This document shows, piece after piece, positions 51,129-62,460 of a DNA stretch of 64,000 nucleotides. This DNA is from Yuukianura sp. NJ FZ-2021. Its lineage: Eukaryota. The notes beneath the pieces were generated by a model. It was not told where the DNA came from. It ran no database searches and saw only the letters and a list, made by a program, of their open reading frames with translations. A program made the translations under genes and the position numbers. Position 1 is the stretch's first letter, and each line of letters opens with the position of its first letter. The DNA lies in assembly GCA_046563655.1 (NCBI GenBank), contig CM102289.1:9548001-9612000 (forward strand), given 5' to 3'.

Positions 51129-52463
51129 ATGAAAATTCCAAAGGTCAACTGAAATTTTAAACTGTTTTACTGTCTGTGCTAAACTTGTCATTGGAAACTA
51201 AACGTTAACTAGTCACATCTTATTTCAATTTCAGGAAGTAATTGAGTTTCTTGGAAGGGAAAACATTAAAATTCGAGATCTTGCAGCAGTTCAGCAGAAA
51301 ATTACGACGTTGATTGCCGGCGGAGCAGAATTGTTGCAGGTAGGTCAAAAAATGAATTGAAATACTTGTGATTTTTATTAGCTTTGTGTCCTCATTTTTG
51401 GTATATTTTGAAGGTGATTACAGATTTTGACCAAACAATTACGAAATTTCATCATAATGGAGAATTATGCGATTCCACGTACAGTGAGTCACCTTTATCT
51501 GTCCCATGACCTTTCAAGCTCAAATTGGTCATCCCATCCGACAAGATGATGAAATGATGTGTTTCTTTTGCTAATTTTTAGGTGTACTGACGAATAGTTC
51601 CATATTTTCGGATGACTTCAAGTCAGAATGTACCCTGAGTTGTAACAAGTATGGACCAATTGAAATCAATCATGGAATGACCATTGAGGAGAGGATTCCG
51701 TATATGCTCCAATGGCAAGAAGAGTTCCTCCAGTCTCTCATCAAGTCGAACGTCAACCAATCGTTAATCAAAAAGGCAACTAACGAATCCAAATCATACT
51801 TAAGGTAAGTTGGGCAAGACCTACTAAAAAAAGTATCGAAATAATTTTTGTGTTGCTTTTTAGAGACAATGCAAAGACCGTTCTTGCTAAACTGGACGAA
51901 GCCAGCGTTCCTGTTTTAGTTTTCTCAGCTGGAATTGAAGACATCATTCTTGGGATTCTGGAGAAACACGATGTCCAGATCTCATCAAATGTTAAAATAG
52001 TTTCCAACAAAATGGAATTCGATCAAGATGAGTTTCTAGTTTCATTTCGCCAACCGACGATTCACAGCTTCAACAAACGAAAAAGCTTCTTAGCGGAAAA
52101 AACAGACGATCACTTTTCAGAAGTGGGACATCGGACTAACGTTGTGCTCCTCGGTGACAACATTGGTGACATCCACATGTCAGATGGAATGAACCCTCAT
52201 GAAACTACAATCCTCCGAATCGGATTTCTGGAAAATAATGTAAGTAATTTCTTAACCTGTCCAATTCCCAACTAAACATTCATTAATCAGCAACCCAATT
52301 AATTTCAGGTTAACTAACTTAATTTTAATTTTGAACTCTACAGGGCAGAAGTCACCGTGAGTCGTTTCTGGAGGGTTACGACATTGTAATAGAAGATGAC
52401 CAGTCATGGAATTTGTTTCACGTGCTACTTCAACACATTTTGCAAGAAAAGTGTATATCATAA
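51129..52463 (+). CDS. NT5C3: Cytosolic 5'-nucleotidase III family (HAD), multi-exon
   Basis: LQ|VITDFDQTITKF, KYGPIEI...EERIPYMLQW, VLVFSAGIEDII, IVSNKMEFD, RTNVVLLGDNIGDIHMSDG, ILRIGFL, YDIVIEDDQS. Confidence 0.9.
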
Positions 52464-52857
52464 ACCGGATATCCGCTTTTTTGACATTTCGTCCAGTGTA
52501 TAATATATTTCACCCAGTTTTATCCGGAAGAAATGAGTGGATCAAATGGAAACAGTTTTGCTGGATATCCACTTTTTTGACGTTTTGTCCGGTGGATAAT
52601 TTTCATCCGGACGGAATGGCTGGATAAAAGGGATAGGAATGCATACTTCCCTCTAATTTGATGTTTGTAGAAGAAAAAATTTATCCATCTGACAACATTA
52701 TGCTCATAAATATAATTGTATTAAGTTTATTTCATTTTATATTATATTTTATATGTAATAATTTAATATATTTGCTCCAGTTTGTTAACATTTTAGTAGA
52801 TTTAGATTTAGTTTTTATATGTGTAGACTACGTTGATGGTGGTTACAACAGTTGAAG

Positions 52858-53269
52858 TTAGTAGCTACTGCAACCATCGTTGGTTTGTGTGTAGGTGTTA
52901 GTGCAAGTACAATCAGTTGTCCATGGATAGCTCAAGCAAGGACCGGGAACTCCACCTTCACCTATTCGACAGGGTTGGCAAATGTAGCCACAGTTGCCCC
53001 AGCAGTGACATCGTTCCTTCGGCAAGTTAATGAATCCAATGCAATCTGGAAAAGGGATCCCTGAAAAACAATGCATTAACAATTTCAAAAAAATTCAGTT
53101 TTAAAAAACAGAAATGTTGTTAAAATTCAAAAAACTTACATCGCCCGTTTGCTGCTGCAGCAATTGCCATTGGCCTCGCTTGTTCCGCAGTCGTACAAGT
53201 TTTGCCAGCAACCATTGGAGAGTTGTAGGCTACAAGAACGATGCATAAAACGAACCGTGTAAAAAGCAT
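52858..53269 (-). CDS. Small secreted cysteine-rich protein, 110 aa (exons 53269-53140, 53060-52858)
   Basis: Phase-consistent GT-AG intron; signal-like MLFTRFVLCIVLVAYNSPMVAG followed by a mature part with 11 Cys. Confidence 0.65.
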
Positions 53270-54143
53270 TGCGTTAATCGATTAATCTAAGACAGGAATT
53301 TAGTCAACTGAAAAGTAGACGTTTTTGAGACAACAAAATTACTTTCAAATTGTTTATAAAGACTGTGGGTTTGGACTGAAACCACCGTGGATTGGCACAT
53401 CCTTGTAAAAAGATGTGCTGCTTAGAATTAATTTGGCTTATCAAACCGTTCCTCCTGGACGGAAGCATTTTGCAATTTCCGAGTTGAAATGTTAAAGTTT
53501 TAGCATGTCAGTGCATTTCTATGCTGCAATTAACCTCGACACAAAAATGCAAACATGACTGGATTCAACTGCTCAGCGTTCAGGATTCGCCTTGGGGTAA
53601 CCTCCACAAAACCTTGAAATTTTCCAGAAAAAAGTGACTTTTTACTAAAAACTGTCAAGGATTTTGAGTTAGTTCAGGAACAAAACTAACAACTTCTATA
53701 ATTGAGCCACAGAATCCAACTTACGACCTGCCTAGCTTTATTTCCACTTAACTTTAAGCATTTAGTCCACCCTCTTTTAAATAAGTTCTAGTTTTACACA
53801 ATTTCGTCATAATAATAATAATAATAATAAATGTAAATGTAAATAATAAATTTAACTCAAGCCAAAAACCTAGCATATATGTAAACCCTGATTGAACTTA
53901 CGAACTTTTAACTTAAAAAATCCTACATTACACTCTGTCGATCTGTCAATTTTTTGAATGGCTCTGTGTGATGAACCGATATTTGTAAAATTATCAAAAA
54001 CGAAAAAAAAAACGAAACTATATGTAACTATTCCTTGCATCAAATCTCAAAACTAATGAAATCCTGTGAGTCCGACTCACATCTACAGCCTGATTCTGAT
54101 CCTGAATTCTGATTGGCTAGTCCTGATCCTGAATCGTGATTGG

Positions 54144-57100
54144 CTAGTTTTGGATTTGGGAATTTCCGGGCATTTCTGGATTATCTTTAGGTGAATCTTG
54201 TGGTGAACCGTCGTTTTCGATACCTTTGTCAGAAAGTTCGTTCAGCACTTGCATAGCTGCCTATAAAACAAAAGAAAACAAAGTTTTAAAAAATGCTGGC
54301 AGTAGTACTTAAAACAGCATCCAAAAACTGTAAAATGAACCAGTCCTTACATTATTTCTGGCGTCTTCCAACGTTGGCCCAGTTCCATGTGAAACATGCG
54401 GTGGTGACGTTCCAAGGCTGACGACGCACAAGTACTCATTTTTCTTAAATCAAACACAAAAGTGTACATTATTTAGTATCATCTCAGTAATTATTACTGA
54501 GTCAATTTAATTATTAAATTGACTAACAAAGTTTACTAATTAATTGATGATCAATTAATGATTAACGATTACTTACCTTTGGGAAGTCCGAATAGGAAAC
54601 TTGGACTCCAAGCAACTGTGCCAAGTATGACAACTTGCTAACAGCTTCTTGAACTGTCGGTAACGATGAACCTGCTGCACAAAAACTTCCAGTACTAGTA
54701 CTGTCCTCCATTTTTGGTGCAACCGGAAGTTCTTTCGGGAGTTCCGACTTGATATCGCTTAAATCCTGATTTTTAATAACAAGTATCCCTGGCACACTCG
54801 TGCGACAACTTGAAACTGCTTTGTGAGCATGAGGAACAGACTTGCTACTGGATGACTGGGATTCAGAGGGAGTAACTACTGCGTTGCCATGGTTACAGTT
54901 CGGTTGCTTAGATTCCTTAGGTTCAGATGGTGGATAGCCGAGGAGTGCCAGAGCATTGTCTGCTGCAGCCTTCTTGGCTGCCTTCTTATTCGGACCTTCG
55001 CCTGTTGCTATAAATGGGCCGACTTTTACCTAATTAAAAGTCAAAAGTCAATATGTATTGAGTATAAGTTATCGATATGTCCAAGGTCATGTCAATTAAT
55101 TGAAACTAATTGATTGATCTACAATCTACACAGTCGATTACCTCGATAACAAAATGTGGCTTGTTGAGCCTAGGATTTCGCCTGTTCTGTCGTAATTGAA
55201 CTTTGGCTTGACCTTGACTTTCGGCTTGACCTTGACCTTCATCTGTTGCAGTTGACGATGTCATGACTGAGAATTCGGGTTCTTTATACTTCCGTAAATG
55301 GGCGATCTGAATGAGACGTGAAATGGGAGACACTGATGCTTTTTCCATATCCTTAAAATTTAAAATCCTTGCATTTCTTTAAAAAAATCTCAACAATTTT
55401 TGTAAATGTTGTAATTTGTACCTTTACCACTGGAGCTACTGCCTTTCGTTTGATAGTTTTGTGGATGAGTAAATTACGTTGCAACATTTTCAGAGAAGAA
55501 TCCCCTGGAACAGGAACTTCCTTCAGTTTTGTAATCATCGCCTCACTCGCAAGTTTTTTAGCTTGCTATAACACAAAACCAACATCATCAATCATCCTGC
55601 GTCAATTTACATTAAAGTAATTAGTTAATCGATTAATCTACAAGTGCTAACCTGCTTAGTAAATCCATCACTTTCTGTCGTCAAGTCCTCTCCCACTTTA
55701 CATTGAACCGTGAAAACTTTCATGTGGGCTGGCCCAACTTCCTTGATCGTTTCATAGCCAATGGGCATGTTCCGTTTTAAAGCCATTTCGTAAACAACTG
55801 AAATGGGACTCTTGTTTTCATCGTCTTCTTCCGTTTCATTGTAAACGGGGACTCCATTTTGAACTTTTTCTTTCTTCATGACCTTAGTAAGTGCCTTGAG
55901 AGCAATCATACACCCCAAGTTCTTGGCAGCATTAAAAGTGTTCCCTTCGCCAGAAAAAATTCTGTCTCCAATGTGCACTGCTACGCGAGTGACTGGAGTG
56001 ACTTTGCGGAATGGATTGATTGTTGTCACGGGATGGTTGACAAAGTGAAGCGGTTGGTTCATCTCTTCAGCCAGAGCTGAAAGTTGTAGTATGGGCCAGT
56101 TTGGACTCTTTCCTTGTCCTAAACAAAGATTTAACACAAATAAACGTTAGATGGACGTCTTACAGGTCACAACTAATTGATTTCATACCGTGCCAGGATT
56201 GAACGTTACGTCTCGGCTGATTGCTCCTTTGCGGTGGTCTGGTTAACGTTGACTTTTCTAGTGCGACGGTAGCAGCTGCTATCTGCGCTTTCTGTACAAT
56301 AATTAACATCAATTTATGACGATATTCCCAATTTGCAGTTTTGTGTTAATTACTTAACTAATTAATTAGCCGTACCTTGATACTGGAGCCAACACCTTCA
56401 TGGTCCTCCCCTCCCAGATGAAGAAGGACAGTAAAAGTGGGGCAGTGCGGCGGTCCTGTTTCGTTGATCAATCGATATACTGGATTGAGTCCATGAAATC
56501 TTGCAATCTCTGAGACAAGGCTAACAGGAGTCTTTGAATTCTGATTGCCCAAAGTTCGGCTGTGACTCGCATGATTATGCGTTTTAACTTCCGATGGAGT
56601 AGTTGTAGCTGAAGTGACGACAGTACCTTCTGTACCACCTAAAAAACAAAGCCAACGTTAATTAAATGATCAATTGATGATTAATTTAAGTACTAACCTG
56701 AAGATAAGTTCTCTTGTTCCAGTTCAAAGTGTGTTATAGATTGTTCGATGGCAGAGTTGGTTGCTTCACCACTGGATCCAGTATTGTTGTCATCTGTTCC
56801 TAGTCCAGACCCGGATTGCGGAGGAAAAGAATCACCGCGTTTGAATATTCGATATTGTGGGTGCGGTTCTGGAGAAGAATCACAATCACTAGCATGATCA
56901 GTGATTAAAGAACTTTTTTCCAGCGATGTAGCAAGAGAACTGATTTCTCCTCGATTACTCTGCTGGGCCTTCCGTCCTTTCGAATTAGACTTAGACCCAA
57001 ACCCACCTCCAGAACTAATGTATGGGTGTGTGAATGCCTGAGTACTAGTTGACGATGACGGTTTAGAGTAGACTCCGTAACTGTGATTATGGTTGAACCC

Positions 57101-57388
57101 ACCACCACTCCGATTTCGACTGGGAGATAGCAGAGCACTTGGTCCGGAACTGCCTGGATTCCTATTAGATCTCAAGGGAAAGTTGAATTGGTTTCCGGAA
57201 GAACTGAAGATCGGTGGAACATTGGGGCTGAATGCTGAATTGAGATTCGTGCTGTTCCCGAACAATGAAGGGCCATTAGTCAGCTGACCATTTGGAGTAT
57301 ACCGGAATCCTCCTACCGATGAAGTAGTATGACGCTGCTGGTTGTACAGACGACTGCCTCCGCTGCCAGCTGATTGGTACATGTCCAT
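54144..57388 (-). CDS. stau: Staufen dsRNA-binding protein, multi-exon
   Basis: dsRBDs KTPVSLVSEIARF...GPPHCPTFTV, KSPISVVYEMALKR...GPAHMKVF, SPISRLIQIAHLRKYKEPEF...GEGPNKKAAKKAAA; dsRBD5 KLSYLAQLLGVQVSYSDFPK...HVSHGTGPT. Confidence 0.92.
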
Positions 57389-57463
57389 AGTTCAACGTTT
57401 TCGTCCCAGGTCACTGATCAAGGTCAGCCAACCGATAATCCAGTAATCGCTTGATCGCTTCAC

Positions 57464-57630
57464 GGTTGGAGAGTGGATCCGCAGTCTGTTTTTCTTTTAG
57501 AGCGAGTTAGGTTATCAAAACAAGACACAGTGCACGGTGTTGAAGGTGAGTGTCCCGTGCACTGTGTCCTGATTTGATAACCTAACTTAAGAACTAAAAG
57601 AAAAACAGACTGCGGATCTACTCTCCAACC
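57464..57630. mobile_element. 167-bp hairpin MITE (GG...CC termini, 8-bp TSD)
   Basis: ~73-bp near-perfect inverted arms around a short loop; TSD CGCTTCAC at 57456-57463 and 57631-57638. Confidence 0.9.
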
Positions 57631-58118
57631 CGCTTCACGCCTGAAACACATAGATCACGTTAATAATACCATAACTTTAACTGAACACAACAATATTAAT
57701 ACTACTGCGGAACTGCTGTAAATAAACCGTAATCAACTGTACATCAATGTACGTAAACCTTACACAAACCGTACATAAACTGTATACACATACTTCTCAT
57801 TGCTAAACGTAAAGGTCACAGGTCGGCTGGTGACACTTACCAAGTGGAGAGGTGGATGAACGTTTCGTCAATGCTTATCTTGCCGGGTTGTCATAAACAA
57901 CTTAGCTTTTGCTATAAATCTGTCACCCGAATTCCTTAACCTAAAGTAAATCGAAAAGTTATGTTAACAAATCTCCATTTTTGTGTTATTTTGTTTACAA
58001 ATATCCTCTTTTACCTTCTCTTCGTATGCGGAGATGCGAATGTGAATGTACGGAAGCGTAAAAGGGCCAACTCGCTTCCCGATTACCTCCTCCATAAGCA
58101 ATACATTGGAGTTGAACT

Positions 58119-58500
58119 GCGCGGTTCCCAGTACTCGGTTCCCGGTTCCCAGTACTCGGTGCGCGGTTCCCAGTACCCGGTGCGCGGTTCCCAGTACTCG
58201 ATTCCCAGTTCCCAGTACTCGATTCCCGGTTCCCAGTACCCGGTGCGCGGTTCCCAGTACTCGATTCCCGGTTCCCAGTACCCGGTGCGCAGTTCCCAGT
58301 ACCCGGTGCGCGGTTCCCAGTACTCGATTCCCAGTTCCCAGTACTCGATTCCCGGTTCCCAGTACTCACTGCGCGGTTCCCAGTACCCGGTGCGCGGTTC
58401 CCAGTACTCGGTACCCGCTTCCCAGTACTCAGTGCGCGGTTCCCAGTTGTCGCTGCGCGGTTCCCAGTTGTGCTGCGCGGTTCCCAGTTCTCGCTTCCCA
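58119..58500 (+). repeat. 21-bp minisatellite (GCGCGGTTCCCAGTACTCGGT-type), left arm
   Basis: About 18 tandem units visible. Confidence 0.95.
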
Positions 58501-58904
58501 GTTGATCAGCTGATTTTGAAATTTTAAGATCAATTATTTACCAAATCAATAAACATACAGCAAATTTGAGAATAACAGTTATACATATATTTAATACGGA
58601 AGTTTCGGTATCATCGACTAATCGTCGACTAATAGTGCAACCAAGAAATAACCCCATGTCTCTCCTGCTATTTCTTTTCAATCTATCATTTTGTTTTCCG
58701 TAGTCTAGTATTTTTGTATACCTTTTATTTTTAAATCCCACCATTTGTATTTCAGGTTAGGACATTTTTGTATTTAGTTTAATTCTTTGATAACACTTTA
58801 GATTTTCACTAGCTGAATATAACTACCACCCTAGACATAATTTACTTTTCTTTAGTTAAAAGACTCCATGTTTACTTTCAACGCTTAATTGCGCGGCCTA
58901 TACA

Positions 58905-59632
58905 ATGCGGGTAGTTGCCCTAATTAGTGGAGGGAAAGACAGCTGCTTTAATATGATGCAGTGTGTCGCAGCGGGACATGAAATTGTCGCTTTGGCCAAT
59001 CTACAACCCCGGGACAAGGGTAACAAAGCATATTAATATTTAAAATACTTCAATTACAACGAGTATCTAATTTTGGTTCTCCGATTGATTTGTAGATGAA
59101 CTTGACAGCTACCTACTACTTGGTATCAGACAGTGGGACACGATGGCATTTCACTTTATGCGGAAGCGATGGGTTTACCACTATTTCGAAGATACATCGA
59201 AGGGAATGCGCTAATTCAACAGAAGCAATACTCCCCAGTCGACGGAGACGAAGTCGAGGATCTGTATCTGCTTCTCCAGGAAGTCAAGGTAAGTTCTCAC
59301 AAAAATCTTTTTTCATTGACTTCATCTGGCATTCAATCTTTTGTTTTACCATTGATTAGGATTCCATTGACTTCGATGGCGTATCGGTTGGTGCTATTTT
59401 ATCCGATTACCAGAGAATCCGCGTCGAAAATGTGTAAGTAAAGCCAAGCTAAAGCGTTGTATTTGTTTAATCGATGATAAATGCAGCTGTATCAAACTAA
59501 TGCTCGAAAAATCAAATCTGTTTTTTTCATTTTAGTTGTTCCAGACTTGGTTGCGTGAGTTTGGCCTATCTTTGGAGAAGGAATCAAACGGAACTACTCC
59601 AGGAAATGATTGATTGTGACATACAACTCTAG
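58905..59632 (+). pseudogene. DPH6: Diphthine-ammonia ligase 5' fragment, frameshifted and truncated
   Basis: MRVVALISGGKDSCFNMMQCVAAGHEIVALANL, DELDSY[11 nt at 59113-23]YQTVGH, GDEVEDLY, GAILSDYQRIRVENV|CSRLG...YLWRRNQTELLQEMIDCDI; ends at a MITE. Confidence 0.9.
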
Positions 59633-60048
59633 GATTTATTCTGCTGGAGTCTTTAGGATGTTATTTTTTGAAAAAGTGCAAAATAAATAACCAATCTCCC
59701 TTGGTTTCCAAAATTTAAAAAAACGTTGAAATGACACTGGAATTGCGCACATGTATCCATCTCCGCCGTAACTCTTAAGTTTAATTATCTAAAGAAAAAA
59801 TTATAACTGTGAAAATTCTGAATTTGTAAACGTGATGTTTAACGGAAAGCTAAACGTTGAACTTGGTTCTTGGAACGACCAATAATTAAGGGCTCAATAA
59901 GTCTGGCGGAGGTGGTTACACATGCGCAATTCCAGTGTCATTTCAACGTTTTTTTAAATTTTGGAAACCAAGGGAGATTGGTTATTTATTTTGCACTTTT
60001 TCAAAAAATAACATCCTAAAGACTCCAGCAGAATAAATCCTAGAGTAG
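59624..60048. mobile_element. 425-bp MITE with ~140-bp near-perfect TIRs
   Basis: 59626-59767 is the near-exact reverse complement of 59905-60046; TA on both flanks. Confidence 0.88.
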
Positions 60049-60062
60049 TAAGCGCAACGTAT

Positions 60063-60411
60063 ATCCTTCTGGAACGTATATCCAGTACGATGCCAAGGCA
60101 ATTGGCTCTGGAAGTGAGGGAGCTCAACAGACTATAGTTGACATGTATAACAAGGTACGACACTTTAAATCCACACAAATTTCTATTAGATACTGACAAG
60201 ACCTTAAATGGCTCAACTTTATTCCATCTTTTAGTCGATGACTCTAAAGGAGGCTATCAAGATAGCTCTAACAATTTTGAAGCAAGTGATGGAGGAGAAA
60301 CTGAATTCGACCAACGTAGAAGTTGCCTGTGTCACACCTACAACTGACTTTCACTTGTTTACGAAAGCAGAAGTGGAGGCAGCCATTCTGGAAGGAGATT
60401 TATCTGGTTAA
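60063..60411 (+). pseudogene. PSMA5: Proteasome subunit alpha-5 3' fragment, one intron retained
   Basis: [61 protein letters not shown]...[13 protein letters not shown]; 5' part absent. Confidence 0.9.
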
Positions 60412-60743
60412 GGGCATTGTGGCTAGCACTTTACTTACTATTTCCACTATTCAATTCAATTAATTTACGAAGTTTCCATCCAAGTACATACACCACATTA
60501 TTCTTTCTTCTCAAAATATTGGCAAAACATCAGGGAAAAACCTATTGTCTTTGTACAATGGGAGGCGGAAGGTGAGAAAATAAACTCTTCTTATAATTAA
60601 CCAAACTAAACTAATTAATTATTACTTTATGATTAATCATTCTGATCCACTGATATCGTAATCATCCATTATTCAAGTTTTGGATAAAAAGATGTTCTAC
60701 GAGCAGCATTAGTGAATACTTTTGTCTTGTTACTTTTGTCATA

Positions 60744-60992
60744 ATGAATTTGGGTAAAACAGTGTCTCTGGTGAGTAGAACGTTACCTTTAATTTTGATT
60801 AAGTTTGATAACATTTCTAATTAATTTCATATTAAATCTTTGCAGTTTATGCTGCTGCTGTTCAGCATCACGCTGTTGTCAATCAGTTTCGAAACTGGGG
60901 AAGCCTTTGGAAAAAAATTCAAGCACAAAATTATGAAGAAACTACTGAAAAAGAAGGGCTTCGGGTCAGCATCGCTTGGGCTTAAAGGCTAA
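60744..60992 (+). CDS. 57-aa secreted cationic peptide precursor, antimicrobial-peptide-like (exons 60744-60770, 60846-60992)
   Basis: MNLGKTVSL|FMLLLFSITLLSISFETGEA-FGKKFKHKIMKKLLKKKGFGSASLGLKG*; canonical gtgagt...tgcag intron. Confidence 0.75.
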
Positions 60993-61226
60993 CTCAGGAA
61001 AAAGTTTTTGGAGCAGAATTAGTAGTTTCATTTTACTTCATATTTTTAGCATTTGAAATTTTAAGGTAACTTTGATTCTACAAACTAAAAAATTAGAAGA
61101 AAAAGTTTAGTTTTTGTATAATTTAATACCCTAAGGCAACTTATATTCTGAACCTCTATTGGTAGTTTATAGAAATAGTGAGGTAGTGATCTTGTGACCA
61201 TCGCAAGGTCAAAGGTCAATGATTTT

Positions 61227-61534
61227 TTACCAAACGGTACATCGTTTTTCTGGTCCTGGATTCATGACAGTACCAACGGCACAGTTCCTTTTTTTTTTGG
61301 TCAATCCCTGTGTCGTGATTTTTTCACACCACATCTAAAACGAAACAAGAACAAATCAGCGTTCAGCGTTTGAGTATGTGCTGGATTTTATTTTAAATTG
61401 TTAAACTTACATTTGCGTAACCAATGAAGAAGAGTTGTTCTGGCGAATACTGTGCCAGTCCGGGAAGGCGTTTCTCTGGACCATTGTTGTTTACGTAGCG
61501 ACGGTAAGCCAGAAGTGACTCTCTGATTGAGGCT
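61227..61534 (-). pseudogene. Neprilysin (M13 peptidase) C-terminal fragment with internal deletion
   Basis: AYRRYV...EKRLPGLAQYSPEQLFFIGYAN|MWCEK then, across an A-run and frame change, NCAVGTVMNPGPEKRCTVW*. Confidence 0.8.
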
Positions 61535-61775
61535 CTAGTAGAAAAAACAGACATGAGGGCAATCATTTCGTACTTAGTGTGACCTTGACCTTACCACTCC
61601 AAGATGACCTTCGAGGTCACCGTAACTATCAGTGGTCGGCGCAGGTCGGCAATGGTCGATCTAACAATTATCATTTCGCTAATTCAATAAAAATTTAAAT
61701 AAATTCAATAAAATGGCTTCCTAAATAAATATCTAACTGTTGTTTTCAAATTTGTTGTATGTTTATTGATTTGGT

Positions 61776-62032
61776 GGAACTCCTTCGGGAAACTCGCGAA
61801 GTTCGTTTAATTGAGATAAAAATCTCAATTAACTCAGTTTTTTACGCTGATTACGAATCTGTAATTAGTTTTGGCCGCTCACTACCCTAACTTAACCTAA
61901 CCTAACTTTAACTAAAATGTGCCCCCATGTATGAGATAGGGAGAAGTGTGATGCCCAGAGCTGTTGCTCTGAGTGAAGGTGCAATTCCCTATCTCTCCCA
62001 TAGAACCTTCGCGAGTTTGCCGAAGATAAGCC
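61776..62032. mobile_element. 257-bp MITE nested in the right arm
   Basis: TSD GATTTGGT at 61768-75 and 62033-40; imperfect TIR GGAACTCCTTCGGGAAACTCGCGAAG / CTTCGCGAGTTTGCCGAAGATAAGCC; the left arm shows the empty site (single ACCAAATC). Confidence 0.9.
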
Positions 62033-62075
62033 GATTTGGTAATGTGATTTTAAAATTTCAAAATCAGCTGATCAA

Positions 62076-62460
62076 CTGGGAAGCGAGAACTGGGAACCGC
62101 GCACTGAGTACTGGGAACTGGGAACCGCGCACTGAGAACTGGGAACCGCGCAGCGAGAACTGGGAACCGCGCAGCACAACTGGGAACCGCGCAGCGACAA
62201 CTGGGAACCGCGCACTGAGTACTGGGAAGCGGGTACCGAGTACTGGGAACCGCGCAACGAGAACTGGGAACTGGGAACCGAGTACTGGGAACCGCGCACT
62301 GAGTACTGAGAAGCGGGAAGCGAGTACTGGAAAACGCGCACCGAGTACTGGGAACCGGGAATCGAGTACTGGGAACCGCGCACCGAGTACTGGGAACCGC
62401 GCACCGGGTACTGGGAACCGCGCACCGAGTACTGGGAACCGCGCACTGGGCATCGAGTAC
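62076..62460 (-). repeat. 21-bp minisatellite, right arm (inverted counterpart of 58119-58500)
   Basis: Tandem ACTGGGAACCGCGCACCGAGT-type units. Confidence 0.95.

Noticed and set aside
52465..52625. Two ~50-bp degenerate direct repeats after the NT5C3 stop
   Set aside because: Probably a repeat remnant; no TIR or TSD found
52852..53064. Plus-strand ORF with signal-like start
   Set aside because: TTG start, and antisense to the better-supported spliced Cys-rich gene
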